Shown here piece after piece: positions 13,051-26,290 of a stretch of DNA of 41,850 nucleotides. Source of the DNA: Phoronis australis (taxonomy: Eukaryota > Animalia > Phoronida); the NCBI GenBank assembly GCA_002633005.1, contig NMRA01000400.1, forward strand, positions 238,771-280,620, read 5' to 3'. Position 1 is the first letter of the stretch, and the number at the start of each line of letters is the position of its first letter. The translations under genes were made by a program, and so were the position numbers. Under the pieces are notes generated by a model that was not told the DNA's origin, searched no databases, and was given only the letters and a program-made list of their open reading frames with translations.

Positions 13051-14214
13051 ACTCTTGAAGATGGGATGGCAAATATTGAGAAACGACAAACTGTCAAACA
13101 GAAGAACTGAATTGTGGCTGGTAACAAAAGAATTATGTTTAACAGACAAGGACGCCTGTGATGCAAACGCCTGTGAATTCAAAACAACGTCACAACACTG
13201 AACTCAGAGAAGTCAATTTTAAGGGAAAATTTTTAACTGCAGCTCTATTAGTAGGGATTCCTAGCTTTACTTAAATAACCTCCTCCCCCCACCCGTCCCC
13301 GATTCAACAGTATTTACCCACAATGCTACATGTTAGTAGGCCACTTGTACTACAGCTGCCACACTAACCAAGATTATTAATCAACACAACAGCCGTTCAT
13401 GTTTCAAATATTCCAATAACTACAGGAGGGGAATGTGAGATCCATCCGCAGCTGAAGTCACTTAGGAGGACACTTCAACTAGGGCAGGTTGCCCCAGGTG
13501 CAGAAGTAATTACCAACAATGAGCCTGCTTAACTATATTGATGCGAATGCCTGATCACTGCTTGTGTGCTATCTACAAACTCAATACCATGTTCATGGTA
13601 AAAAAACCCAAAATTTGAGGAAAATGTCGCGAACCATCGCTTCCTTTTATTCCTGCCATTTTCCACCTATGTGCCCAGGAATACCAAAAACTTAATTGAA
13701 TGGCATGCACTGATTTGCATCCGCTCCACTTTCTGGACACTACTTGTACAACAGAACACGCCCTGGACCTGCCCTCCATTGGAGGCACAGTACACTAGTT
13801 TAAAATCTTTCATTAAAATCATTGACCTAAATGTTGCATTGATTGTTAAGATAACAGAGTGAACTGTTGATGTTCATACAATCCACAGGTTTATTTTTTC
13901 TCATTGATTATCAACAGTGGTTTCCAGTTTCCACCACAGAATTTTGTCCTCTTTGTAGTCATTGCCATCACACACATCTCCGACTGGGACCACATAACGC
14001 AAGTTTGGTATAGCCATCAGACCTTAAAGCTCACCTTTACGCGAGAGAAAGTCGTCACCGTGTCAGTTGTCACAGGCGACTTGCTCCACTTCTGTCGCAT
14101 TTACACGGCATTAAGACCGCAAACTGGATCAGCATGAGTCGCTTCCACAAAGAATATCTGCGCATGCTCACATAAACAATAGAGACTAAAAATAAACGTG
14201 GAATGCCAGCTCAC

Positions 14215-14314
14215 CACCCAAATATACAGTATTGCGCAAGCGCATTGAGGGATGATCCATTTCCGCCCTGCTCCAGTTGTGTTTAGATGTGTAGTTGACG
14301 CTGGAGAAACTCAT
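14215..14314 (-). CDS. PFKFB: Candidate first coding exon of PFKFB (33 codons + 1 nt)
   Basis: ATG at 14314 opens MSFSSVNYTSKHNWSRAEMDHPSMRLRNTVYLG and ends GGT G|gtgagc. This is a strong phase-1 donor that joins in frame to the 12744 acceptor (G+CC = Ala). No homology support, since PFKFB N-termini are variable. Confidence 0.55.
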
Positions 14315-17300
14315 CAAGTGTAACACGCTCTACCTATCAAATCGGAGTAAAAAACTGGCTGTCGCCGCGTCTCTTGCTCCGTGTCAGTCACGTTTACACA
14401 CACACTTACACCGGAGCAGCTGTTCAGTGTTAGCTGTGTCGGGTCAGATGTCTCTCTACGGCTAGTCAAGCCAGAACAATGATTACCCGTATGAAACCTG
14501 GAGCCAACCATAGGCAGCTAGCATCTCTCTCTGATGAGATTCAATGAGAACATGCAGCAGACAGGCTAAGCTAATAGTAGTAACTGCTGAATCAAATCGA
14601 TCTCCGACTGAGAACAGAACTTCTGACTGCTAGCATCCACGTAAGGAGTTTGTTTCCATCATGAACCAGTTTGCCCTCCTTCATTGTAGTACTTACAGGA
14701 TCAAGTCAATCTCCAACCAGGTATTAAACCAGGACCAACAAGGCAGGCACATGAAGTTGTCAGTATTATTGTCAATAACCCATGGGAGACCAATGATTAC
14801 CTACATTCAACACAGAATTCAACCACAAGTCAATTTAGGCCACTTGGTTGAAACACAAACACTCAATGAATCTGTATGATGCAGCTCACCTACCAACCAT
14901 GAACTTTACCTCAGTAAAGCCATACGTTTTATGGAAGCTAAAGCCTGTGCAATTTGATTTGTGGCTTTTTACTAAGTTGTCTTTGATTGGGTCAACAGAC
15001 AATGTATTTTGGAGAGAAATTAAGCAAAAAAGAAAGGTACATCGACAGCAAAAAACCTCATGAAACCTTAACTGTCTCAGCACTCAAATCAGTAAGAGAT
15101 CCTAGCAAACATGTGATAAGTACTCCTAATTAATGTCCATAGCAAACCACGGAAAACTCATTAATTCCATCCCTTAACAAGCTCATAGGAATCTCAAGTA
15201 CTGTTGAAAAAGAGATTGGTGATTTTGGAAGCTAATTTCCTGACATTTCCTAAGCGTGAAAGCTGTCGGCTAGTTCTAGCCTAAGTCTACTCTAACCACG
15301 CTCCACACTTTGTCACCTTATTTTGCATTTCCATATAACTTCAGTAGTATTTCTTCAAAATTTTACACGATATAAAATATATTTTTCCTGGGCATTCAAA
15401 TTGTGTCACACTATACAAAATTGATCAAGAGGTTAAAATTTTACAAGCGATAGACGGCAACTCACATGCATCACAAACGTGTTTACGCATGATCGACACC
15501 CCCACAACTCAATGCTTTCCTGAAGATATCTCTGCTAGAAATCATCCTGATTTCTTGACAAGAAGCAATTTCACTTTAAGAATTTACAGAACTACTTAAC
15601 GTGCGAATTTGTAAAAGTGAAAACTTCCCAGACACCTGCTCCGTTTACAACTTTACCTAGTTAGTATCGGAGTTCAGAAGAAGATATTTTGGGCATGTGT
15701 GGTGCAGTGAACAAGATAGCATGGGCACAGTGCAGGCTGTCTATGTCCGTGTCTTGAACCCAATTCAATGTTACAGGTTAGAACAGTAAATACGTGCTTA
15801 TTCAACCGAAATTGTAAGGATGTCGATCGAAAAACCAGCATTGCACCGGATACTAACGGATGTGGGTGTAAACTGTCATAACTTTTAACTATCACAAATA
15901 TAAAGAACAAAAACACATTGAAAGATTTCAAGATCAGGTAAGCAGCATTAGTTGCTTTCCCCCTACTTTCAACTTTCTTTCACAAACATCAACACAAGCA
16001 GGAAGCTTTTCCTAATTCAATAACATTCTTGGAAGTTAGACACACACCGGCCTCTGTAATTCTTAATACCACGTCAGCTGATATTCATTTCAGGCAATTA
16101 TTTGCAGGGCAACTGGAGCTTACAGAATTGTTCACGCTCAACGTTTACAAATTACTGAAAGTCTGACCAGTGTCTAGGATCTAGGATCCAGAGTAGAATA
16201 CTGTCTGCAAAACCGTAACACACAAGAAGCCCAGGAGAAGAGTAGCCCAACAGGACAGCCTTGTTTTCGGTTTAAAGAATCAAGAGAAAGGTCATTAGCC
16301 TCGCTAATTCGATTGAAATATTTGTTCCAACAAACTGAATTGAAGATACAGGTGCAGTAGAGCAATATACCTCTTTGCAGATCTATCTTCATTCTTCTTG
16401 AGAACTGTGATGAAATTTACTGGAGAATCATAAACTCGTAAATAGAACAAATCTGACAAAGATGACCGACTCCTGGACACGCAGCCAACCTCAGATAAAC
16501 AAGTGAATGTAATGTGGGTCAACTGCACGTCATCATCTATTTAGGTCGTCCAATCAAAATCTAGAACTTGTCAACGCCCATTTACCATGGGACATAACTC
16601 GCAGCCAGGGAGACAACTCTGAAAACAAGGCAAAACAACTACCACAGAGGAGACTTACTGTTTATGCAGAGAAGAAAGGAATTAGGACAGAAAAAAAACA
16701 AAAACAAATAACAGTAAAACGATAGCATGCGGCCCAACAAAACTCATATCTGAGATTCAAGCAATTTTTAACAGGCTTCAGTAAAATTTTATTTTCCAAG
16801 TTTACATCAAATGTTCAAAACGCCTCATGCCACAAACCCAGGACATGAATAGCAGTTGCAGCCACACATTTGGAAATGCAGACCAACCACCACAATACAT
16901 CAGTCACTACAATTTCCATTTATATACCTAAGATGATATCAGGAAGTCAAAGCATAAACAAAATGATAATCAGGGGCAACTGAAATACCAACCCAAGACA
17001 ACTGAATACCCATCATTCCAAAAGGGAGATACCACTTCCCCCAACCACAAAAAAATTATGGTCATGAGATAACATATCAAATCCTTCAATATCTCAACAC
17101 ACAAAAATTTCTGAAAATTTACAAATAATAAATAAAATTTTAGTTTTCTAAGGTATAAACATGTTTAATACAGACAATGCATTTTTGTTAGTCAGAGACA
17201 TCTATTGGAAATTTTCAGTACTTCATACTTTATTTTCAAAAATTCTCCCAAACTGATTTAAAAGAGGCCTGAACTACATGTCGCAGCATTTTAATATGAA

Positions 17301-17776
17301 TTTTGAAAGTATAAAGTTTGATTACTGGCATCCACATATTCCTAAACAGAGCACACTATTTTTCTTTTCTACTTTGAAAATTAAAAATTTATTATTTCCG
17401 TAAAGCCCCACTGCAAGCGCTGTTTTTCGTTACATCACTGAGGCTGTACAGAACAAAGAGATATAGGTCATTAGCCGTGCGAGTTCGTAGTCCAGTCGAC
17501 AGATCAACATGTGCAAACTCATGACCTTTTTCCCTTTTTCTTTCCTGTAACTTTGATTCATGCCATGGCCCAGCCAGCCAGCTAGCTGTATGAAGACTAT
17601 CTTCGAAATAAAACTAGGTACCAGCAGCACTGTCGGTTGAGCTCCGTTAAAGACTCCGAAATTTCACATAGCTTGGGTAGTTCTGCTCGTCACCTCGTCG
17701 CGAAACTTATATCAACATGTAGAGCTCTAAACCGGCAGGGAAGCGTGCAAATATCTGGGTGTCAACCGACACTCAC

Positions 17777-17785
17777 CTTTGCCCG
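17777..17785 (-). other. Strong splice donor; candidate 9-nt microexon or end of a non-coding first exon
   Basis: ttgtttttccag|CGGGCAAAG|gtgagt: consensus acceptor and consensus donor only 9 nt apart, frame-preserving. Confidence 0.4.
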
Positions 17786-18552
17786 CTGGAAAAACAATCT
17801 AGTAAACGGAATTTTATTTCTCAATCATAATTCTCAGCCTTTTGCAACAAAGAAAACACTACGCTTAACACACGCTATTTCCTAAAATTTTGCGACATCT
17901 GTCGGGAAATGATGACAGCTTCGCAGGAGCCAAATTTTTATGAAATTCGATTTCCTGGTATTAAAATACGAAAAACTTGTAAGGAAATGAAATCAGCTCT
18001 AATAATTTGTTGCGACATGTACACAACTTGGAAGAACAGTTCGATCACTTGTTATACTTGGAAGAACAACTCGAGGAACGAAACTGGCCAATAAGGCAAC
18101 AGGTGACAGCGCCGAAAGCAGACCTTAAAGAGCGCACCCAAATTTTAGCAGCAGAGTGAACGGCAGAACACCAATTTTTTCAACACCATTCAATAATTTA
18201 GTTTACTCAGTGTCGCGATAATTTTTAATGACACTAATTTTGAGTCAGATTTTATTTGATCAGCTTTTACCCAAGTCACTGCAACGGTCATTGTATATTT
18301 ACTATACAGCTTGCACCAAGGCAAGGCTACGCAGTCGGGGCCCTTTCCTGGCCCGTGCCGAGAATGGCATCGATCCACTAACAGTCAACACAACATGGCA
18401 GTAAACTTGTATTATTTACTTTTGAGAGCCGAGATCGCAGACGAATTATACACATTAAGCACAGTTCTGTAGCCGAGAGACATTCACCCAATGAGCTGTT
18501 TTCATAATAAGCTTGATTTATCTTATTGCCTTCATCCACGGTACAGCCTCAG

Positions 18553-18577
18553 TGACGTCAGTCGTGCATTAGCCAAT
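18553..18577. promoter_or_regulatory. Candidate promoter: full CRE palindrome plus CCAAT box
   Basis: TGACGTCA at 18553-18560 and AGCCAATAG (CCAAT at 18573-18577), at the upstream edge of a CpG-enriched stretch (~17.6-18.6 kb) on the PFKFB 5' side. Confidence 0.45.
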
Positions 18578-18963
18578 AGGAATCAACATTGGAAAAAAGC
18601 TTTTTTACAAAAATGTGAAAGAGTAACAAAGATGTATTTTCTGATATACCGGTAGACTTTATTCATCAATTAAAGTACATTAAAAATGCATGTTATTGTA
18701 CTGCAGGAACCTTTTAAATTATAATTCCACAGCTCATTAAAAGTTCTAATTTTCGAAGTAGTTATAAATCTGCCTCCCATCACAAAAAAAAACAAATTTT
18801 GATTTAGTCTGCTTACCACTATAAAATTAGTCTCAGATTTTTCCTTAGTCAAAGTAGCGGTAAGTTAGAATTCTTGGCTTGGAAAGAACTGACACTTCAC
18901 TTAGGTAGGGACAAGGCCATACCTCCTCATGAGTGTCATTTTGCTACTCAATCCTAGTCTTAA

Positions 18964-21900
18964 TAGCGGGGCAGATAGTGGAAAAATCATGCATTTGATG
19001 ATACAAGCACCAAAATTGGCATGGTGACATCCTAAGGTATACTCAACAGATCTACCCGACTAGCCACCTAAAATTCCAAAATGGCGGCCATTTTTCAAAA
19101 TGGCCGCCATTTGATGCTTGTGAGTAATGCTTTTCCTCATAAATCTGTCTCTGCCCAACCGATTTTCATGAACTTGTTGTCAAATTGTATGTTTTTGGAT
19201 ATGCTGAATTCATTTTTGATATTTTCAGAAGCATTTTAACACCATGTGGGCAACTACTGATAAATTAAACAAAAAATTACAACATCAAAATGCATTTTAT
19301 TAACGAGAAACGGAACTGTGCTCTCGAACATTAAATACAAAATAAATGGACGGAACCATAAATCACAAACATAGTCGAACATGAACATCACATTAATGCT
19401 AAAATAATATGTTGTTCAGAATCTATTGTCTATTATAAATTCCTTTAATTTACACAACGACGTAACTGGTCACGTACACAGCTACACAGTGCGTTACAAG
19501 AAAGTCCTGCTCGGAAACATTTGCACCTCCGAGTGCAGCCTTTCTTACTGCAGCATTTGGTCAATTCCTGGCAGCATGCAGCTATTGGTGGACGGGTTGT
19601 CTAGTGTATTTTCCATGAATCATCACATTGAATCCAACCCCAGTCAGCAGGAGTGCTGGTTTTTGGGTTCGAGACAGTCGCCTGGCTCCAGATGATACCA
19701 CTTTGGTAGGCAGCACGGCATCTCTGGTTGGTGGGATCGCATAAGTCCTCTGCTTCCAGGCAAAGAGATCCAACCTTGCCTTGTTGACCTCACTATCTGA
19801 ACTGGATCTGTCATACATTAGGACAACGAAGTTCTCCAGATTCTGCAGATCATCGTCTGAAATTTCTCCCGAACAGTAGCTGAGTTTTTTGAAGGTTTCA
19901 GTAACGTCATCACACACATCTCATGTCAGCCCTGCAGATGTTTTCTTTTGCCACGAAAACCTGAAACCACATCACAGCCTGTGAAAGCATGGAAGAAAAG
20001 GATACCACTGACTTTCTCCAGAAAGAAGAAACTACCTCGTGAACGGGAATCCACTGAGCACTGGCTCCTTGTCCATAGGCTATCCACAAGTGTTCTAACC
20101 CATGGTGTTGGAAGAATGGCATGATCGACACTGCTATGACGACAGCATCAGTGTCGTTTGCTTTGATGATAATGGACTTGCTACCTTGTGAGGTCGCGTC
20201 CCTTGTATGTACAAACACTCTGGTGTCAGCTTCCTTATGGGAGCATGGGACCACGGCATCCAGGGACCTCACTCTGTTGCATGCTGATGACGTTATCCCC
20301 CATTGTCACGATGATGGTGCTCGTTGTTTCTATGTCACGCGTTTTCTCTGCGAGGAAATTAAATAGTTCAGTCTTATTGCTATCATCTTGCAGAAAGCTT
20401 CTCCAGTTTTGAGGCGCCTTGGTACTTCCTGTTACTCTTCTCCTGATCCCAAGTCCTCTTTTGGTTCTGGTTTCAGACTTCAGGCTCAGCTTCTTGTAGA
20501 CATCAAATACAATGTCCACCCGTTCGTATTTGGCAGCATAGCACACCAACTTTGGCAGAAAATCTTCTTTGGCATAGTCATCAAATGACTTTGAGCTCCT
20601 CGGAGGTATGACAATAATCAGAGCTGAGCCATCAATGATGATGGTATCTCCTTCTGGTTCGCTTTCTGGTAGAGTGACTCCGGATTCAAGAATGTCCGTC
20701 TGCTGTGACTTTTGAGATGCATGGAGCTTGCCATTGTCACTGAGTGAAGCCGGAGCTGCCTGGTTCTCATGAGCGAAGAATTCCTGTAAATCACACTGTC
20801 TAACCTGTCAGGAGATGAATAGTCTGGAGAACAGATGACAGTCTTCTTTCATGAACTTTTCCTTGGAACTACAGGCAACCTTCTCATGTTTAAAGAAGGC
20901 AACCTTGTTCTTCTTCATTAGGCGGTAGAATGCCCTTGTATCTTGACTCTCTAGGCCTTCTACAAATAACTTGAATTGTTGTTTTCATCTCTCAGGATGT
21001 GTTGCACCGAGCTCAGCTAGTGCTGGATCTGCAATAGTCTTTGTGTCAAGAACCAGGAGGTCTGCTATCTTTTCTTGAAAAAGGTTGCCCATCTCCTTCA
21101 GGACTCTTTAATTGTAGCGCCTTGACCTTCTCAAGGAATGCCGCTGGGTACTTACGTGGTGTTTAGTGGTGATAGCTGAGTCCTTAACGCATGATATGTT
21201 TTCATAGCCAGCAACTAAACTATACTCACTTCTGGTCCAGCTACCATACATCTCCTCAGTGCTGCAGGATCCTCAGTTAGCCCAACAGCTCCACCATCAC
21301 TTTTGATGACTGCATTGTTTTGTTCGTGAGCTTGATCTATCACCATTGCCGAAAACTCACATTTTGATTTGTGAATGACGAAGTTCCCCTTGTGAAACTC
21401 CCTGGCGACATCTGGGTGTTGGTGATCAAGAGACATCATATCCCACCAATGCATTTGGAGCCATCTGGCATAGTTTGTATTGTTGTTCGCGAAGAAGTAT
21501 GGAATCAGTTCTGTCAAGGATTCTCGGAAGGGTTCAAACTGTCCTTCCCTAAAAGAGCGGACCAAGAAAAAGATGGCAAGTTCTATATCCAGCACCAGAT
21601 TCCAAAACTGAAATTGTGGGCTCGTATTACTCTGCCTCTCACGCCAGTCTTCAAATGCCATAGGAGTATTGCCTGACACCTCACACTCGGAGCAGTGGTC
21701 ACGCTGAACTTCCTTCATCAATCTGTAAAAGCTGCATGCAGTGATTTGGTGGGCAAGTCTTGTCCTGGTGACAATTGACACTGTCAGGAATGACTCTGCT
21801 GTTCCAGATGACGCCACACTTGCTTCAGCAATAGCACTAGTCCAGCCACTGTCTTCTAGGAGGGGCCCTATTGATCTCAGGGCAGCCATCTCAATGTGAA

Positions 21901-23228
21901 GTCCCCCTAACATGATGACGAACTTCTCCTCTCCATACTCCTCTGGCCACTGCCACTGGATATGCTTAGCAAGAGCAAACAGTGGCTGGTCAACAGCTAT
22001 AACTGGAGTTTGTCCTGGGTTCAGGAAAGCCACTGTGTTTTGGATCTTATGCATGCATTGCTTGATTGTGGCAACCGAGTTGGCCTGGTGAAGAATTATA
22101 GGCATTACTGAGGTAAGGCTCACTTCGAATGACTGGCTGATGTTCTGTGCAGCATGATGGGTTGCCCGTGACACATTTACCCCGTCTCCAATGGTCTCGG
22201 TTAGTGATATCTTTTCCAACCACATGTAATTTTCCTTCATATGTGACTTGATTGACTCGGCTGTAGGATAAATATGACTTGTAATTGTAGGAGGATTGGG
22301 ATTCTTTGTGATGCAAGCTGGTCGAACGTTGTGAAATCCTCAGAAAGCTCTGGGACTGTCTTGACCTTGACATCTGGATTGAGTTTCAGTGCTTCACGTT
22401 CTTCACCAGGGTATTCAGAACTTGGGTGCTGAAAGAGGGACATACTGGTACCATGGAAGGAAGATTGAGCTGTAGTTGGAGTCGGGTTGTGGTCAATGTT
22501 GTCCACCGCAGAAGTCGTGAACACATGCTTTTGCAGGACTGGTGGGCGGACGACTCCATCTTTAACGTACTGTGCCACAACAGCTTCCCCAAGCTGGGCT
22601 GAGATTTCAAGGACTCTATCGTAGGAAACGCTGATTCCGTTCTCATGGAGCATCTCAATCAGTTGCTTCTTCCTTGTTTTGGCAAAGACAGACAAGCCAA
22701 CATACACGGCAAAGGGGTCTCGCGGTCCTTGGCATGCCTGTTAAATTGTGATCCAGGGGATGTGGCTGACTGCTGAAACAAAAGTACTACCTCTACCACT
22801 ACACCTGTACACCCCATGTATAATATATAATCAGCTATTGATACAAGACAAATGCAGCATGACCAAAGCATTCGCCCAGACAAAAATCATATAAATTGAA
22901 CGAATTAAAGTGTATAATTGTCTATATCCTGACAATATATGTAATTGAGAGTGTTCACAGTGTCCAAAATGAATTAGGCATACCCAAAACTATAACATTT
23001 GACCCCAAGATCGCTAAAATCGGTTGGGTAGATACTGATTTACAAGGAAAATCATTATCACGAACACTGGACGGCGGCCATCTTGAAAAATGGCCGCCAT
23101 ATTGGATTTTCAGGTGGCTAGTCGGACAGATTTCTTAAGTATGCTATTATGAGTCATCATGGTAAATTTGGTGCTTGTATCATCATTTGCACAATTCTGG
23201 TGCATATTTGCACTTATCTGCCCAGCTA
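18964..23228 (-). mobile_element. Academ (AcademX-type) DNA transposon, internally deleted and degenerate, 4265 bp
   Basis: TAA|TAGCGGGGCAGATA ... TATCTGCCCAGCTA|TAA: 5'-TAG termini, 3-bp TSD, long imperfect TIR (GATGATACAAGCACCAAA; CCGACTAGCCACCT; ATGGCGGCCATTTTTCAA.ATGGCCGCC). Encloses an Academ transposase remnant. Confidence 0.92.
19445..22769 (-). pseudogene. Academ transposase + XPG/FEN1-like nuclease + C-terminal Cys-rich domain, multiply frameshifted
   Basis: Transposase motifs: RETP..YVG..GISVSYDRV, TTSAVDNIDHNP..SSFHGT, PVIAVDQPLFALAK..QW, MLGGLHIEMAAL, DQAHEQNN..GGAVGLT. Nuclease motifs: IIDGSALI, DIVFDVY, HKEADTRVFVH, DTDAVVI, HAFTGCDVVSGF, IPPT. Tail: CCSKKGCTRRCKCFRAGLSCNALCSC. 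Split over at least six ORF fragments. Confidence 0.92.
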
Positions 23229-24247
23229 TAAGCAATAACAAACTCTCTCATCGATGTGTTATTTCATGCAACTGGGTACAGACACCAAGGTGCAGTGAAA
23301 TTTACATTTCAGTTTCTAACATAAACTGCCTTTCACGAAAATGACATAGATCTGGTTATAATTTTCATTTATTTTATAATTTACATCATAAATAATACCA
23401 TGATGAAATGAACCATCTTTCCTAACGGCTAAAAATTTCAAATTTAATTTACACGTGACAAAAATGAGCTCACAAACATGACTTTTGCAATTGAGAAGAT
23501 GGAAAACTATTGGTGATAAAGTCTGACTACTACATAGAAATGTATTTGTCTGTACCATTACCACATATTCTCATCAGTTCAATGGTGAGACTAAAGTGAT
23601 GAGTATGACCAGCATGTACAGATTGACAGAAAGTTTCGTCTGTGTCTCTTCTGTGAGAACAGTCGTTTGCGTTTGCTTTGACGGTATCACTTCCTCTGTG
23701 AGTGCAGTTAGTAAATTACGTAAGAACAGTATTTCTACATGTTTGGTCTTGGTACTGTCACAGCAAACATAAATTGTTAAAAAATCACGGTCTACCATTG
23801 CTAAAAATGTAGTCTAATACATTCATTACACTGTCTACAGCTATGAGGCAAAGATTGTTGGTAACTGATCCCCATGATAAACTATCATACAGTATATTTT
23901 TGTTCAGTGATTGAGACTCATGTATTATCCTGTCTCATGAACGTTGTTGTAATCTGCACTAGTGGCCTATGGCCTCAATTCATAAACATTATCATCAACC
24001 AAAGGGTGAACAGACCGGCATAATTCTCCACTTACATATTTCACACAAAAATAATTGCCAGTTTCCATTTTTCAATAGTTTACAACTTTTTTTACAAATG
24101 ACGTGAATTTTAGCAAATGTTGTTTTATGATAACTCACACACCTGTACCTCAAAGGATGCTTGTAATACATAAAAATGTTCTTAACCTTTTGTGAAGAAA
24201 TGTAATAAAAATAGAATTTCACGTTTCGGCTGATATTGCGTTCTTAA

Positions 24248-26018
24248 GGTAGGTGGATACACAAAAAAAAAATTGACTGTGTTTTACATTTTTATGTCAT
24301 TCTAATCTTTAATTCTTGATGCACAGTATACTGAAGAAAAATAAAATCATTCTGAAAATCCAAAGTTGCTTTTTTAGCTATATTTGCCTCAGTAAGTCAT
24401 ATGGCTTAAGTGCTCACCAGCTCAGTGACTGTCAACTGAGGCGGAGCTTATACAAGGACACTAGCTCTAATCTAACCCTGTCAGCAAACATTGTGTAACC
24501 GGGCAATCCAGAGTGCTGTACCAGCTGATATTGATGTTGTAGCAAGACCAATAATAATAATTCTATTTTTGACCATGTGAAAGTTGGTAGTGAAATGGTG
24601 AACTAGCTCCTGTTCCGAGCCTGAGCCTGTTTGTCTATCTGCAAAAAAATTAAGTTGAGTACGCCAAGTCCTACCGAAGTCATCACTGCACTCAGCTTGA
24701 GGAGTCAGTGCAGAAATTGTGCGTGTACAAGAGAAGTCGGTAAGATGAGGTGTCTTACGAGAGGACGCTGAGCGTCGACGTGGGTGGTGATGCACGATTC
24801 GGTGAGAGTGCATACACGCGCTGTGAAGACAAGCCGCGCGACACATGGACAACTACATGCCGTCAGAGTAGAGTCTTTGCAGTTAAACCGTGCTTCTGTG
24901 CTGGGAACACGCTGTGGAGAAACTAGGCTGTAACCCAAAGAATTTGAGAAATGACCCAGTGTTCAACATAACAAAATTTTTCTAGTGCATAGATTCTAAC
25001 GTATCCCTGAATTAAAACTCATGATATCATACGATTTTAGAGGAAAGCAATATAAGAAACTTTGGTAACTTGAGAATCTCACCCAAGCGATGCTATTTGC
25101 GCAGAAAGTGATATTTTCTTGTCCCAAAGTCCATTCGGTACAGGCACGTAAAATGTTGAACCATTACTATGAAAGTAGTAACTGTTCTTTATCCCCAATA
25201 TTGTTATGTAGAATAAACAACCAACACATGGTTTTAATGTGTGGTCGGCACACCAGTACAGCAGACAATAGATCAACGCTAAGCTCCGCCCACGTGACAG
25301 CCATATTTGTTTTGTCGTCTGTCGTGCTTCACAAGTTCAAAAAAATGATTAAAATTACGCTGTAAACAAACAGGTCCGACACATTTTCTAAACATGAAGT
25401 AAATATCAGCTTTATTTCTAGTACTTCAACAAAAATTGCAACATAATGACCACGCATTCTGAACGAAACTTGATCTCAAGTGGCAATCGATGACCGCTTA
25501 ACTTCAAAGCCGTTTTTCTCGGCTCATGATGTCAGGATAGTGACAAGATTCTCGGGCCTATTTTTCCGCAACACGTCGGTCAATTTTTACGAAATTTGCA
25601 AATTTAAAATCCTCTAGGACTGAAGTATAATCACTTGCCAGGGTTTTTCGATACATTGACCAGATTTTTAGTTATTAGATGGAAAGTGACCAAATGACAA
25701 AAAGTGGTGCGCTTGCCCCAACTCACCTGCAAAAACTGCCGCAAAATCAAGATCATAATGATTTTGTACATATAATGGTATGGATAAGTAGAATATTACG
25801 TAAGGAAACAGTTGATGATAATCCCTGTCCATTTTGAAAAAAAATTCGAGGTAAAATTGAATTTTTTGAAAATTAAAAAATACGATTTTTAAAAAAACGA
25901 CCTACAAAAAGACTTTTTTCGTTTTTGTCACTTTCAGAGTCATGTCTAACTAGTTAAAACTCCCTTTTTACTCATTTTAGTTAGGAACCTGGAGATTTGC
26001 CAAGTGTATACACCTACC
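24248..26018 (+). mobile_element. Non-autonomous Kolobok-type element, copy 2 (1771 bp)
   Basis: TTAA|GGTAGGTGGATACAC ... GTGTATACACCTACC|TTAA. Colinear with 7323-9245 in the same orientation. Confidence 0.9.
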
Positions 26019-26077
26019 TTAATATGTGAAGAATTACAGTGTAGTATACATGAGAGGCATGTTGTGAACAATAAAGG

Positions 26078-26290
26078 TTTAAAAATACAATACACTGATC
26101 TCTGTTTTAAAATACAATACACTGATCTCTGTTTAAAAATACAATACACTGATCTCTGTTTAAAAACACAATACACTGATCTCTGTTTAAAAATACAATA
26201 CAGTGATCTCTGTTAAAAATACAATACACTGATCTCTGTTTAAAAATACAATACAGTTATCTCTGTTTAAAAAGTGCAATATAGTGCTCA
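26078..26290. repeat. Minisatellite, ~7.5 x 27 bp
   Basis: Unit TTTAAAAATACAATACACTGATCTCTG at 26078, 26105, 26132, 26159, 26186, 26213 and 26239, plus a degenerate partial copy. Confidence 0.95.

Noticed and set aside
18190-18378. ATG-initiated segments (MPFSARARK..., MTVAVTW...) as PFKFB exon 1
   Set aside because: No phase-1 consensus donor before an in-frame stop.
26078-26290. CRISPR-like array (also 10563-10780)
   Set aside because: Head-to-tail units with no unique spacers, no cas genes and a eukaryotic context. The ORFs at 25946-26216 are repeat translations.
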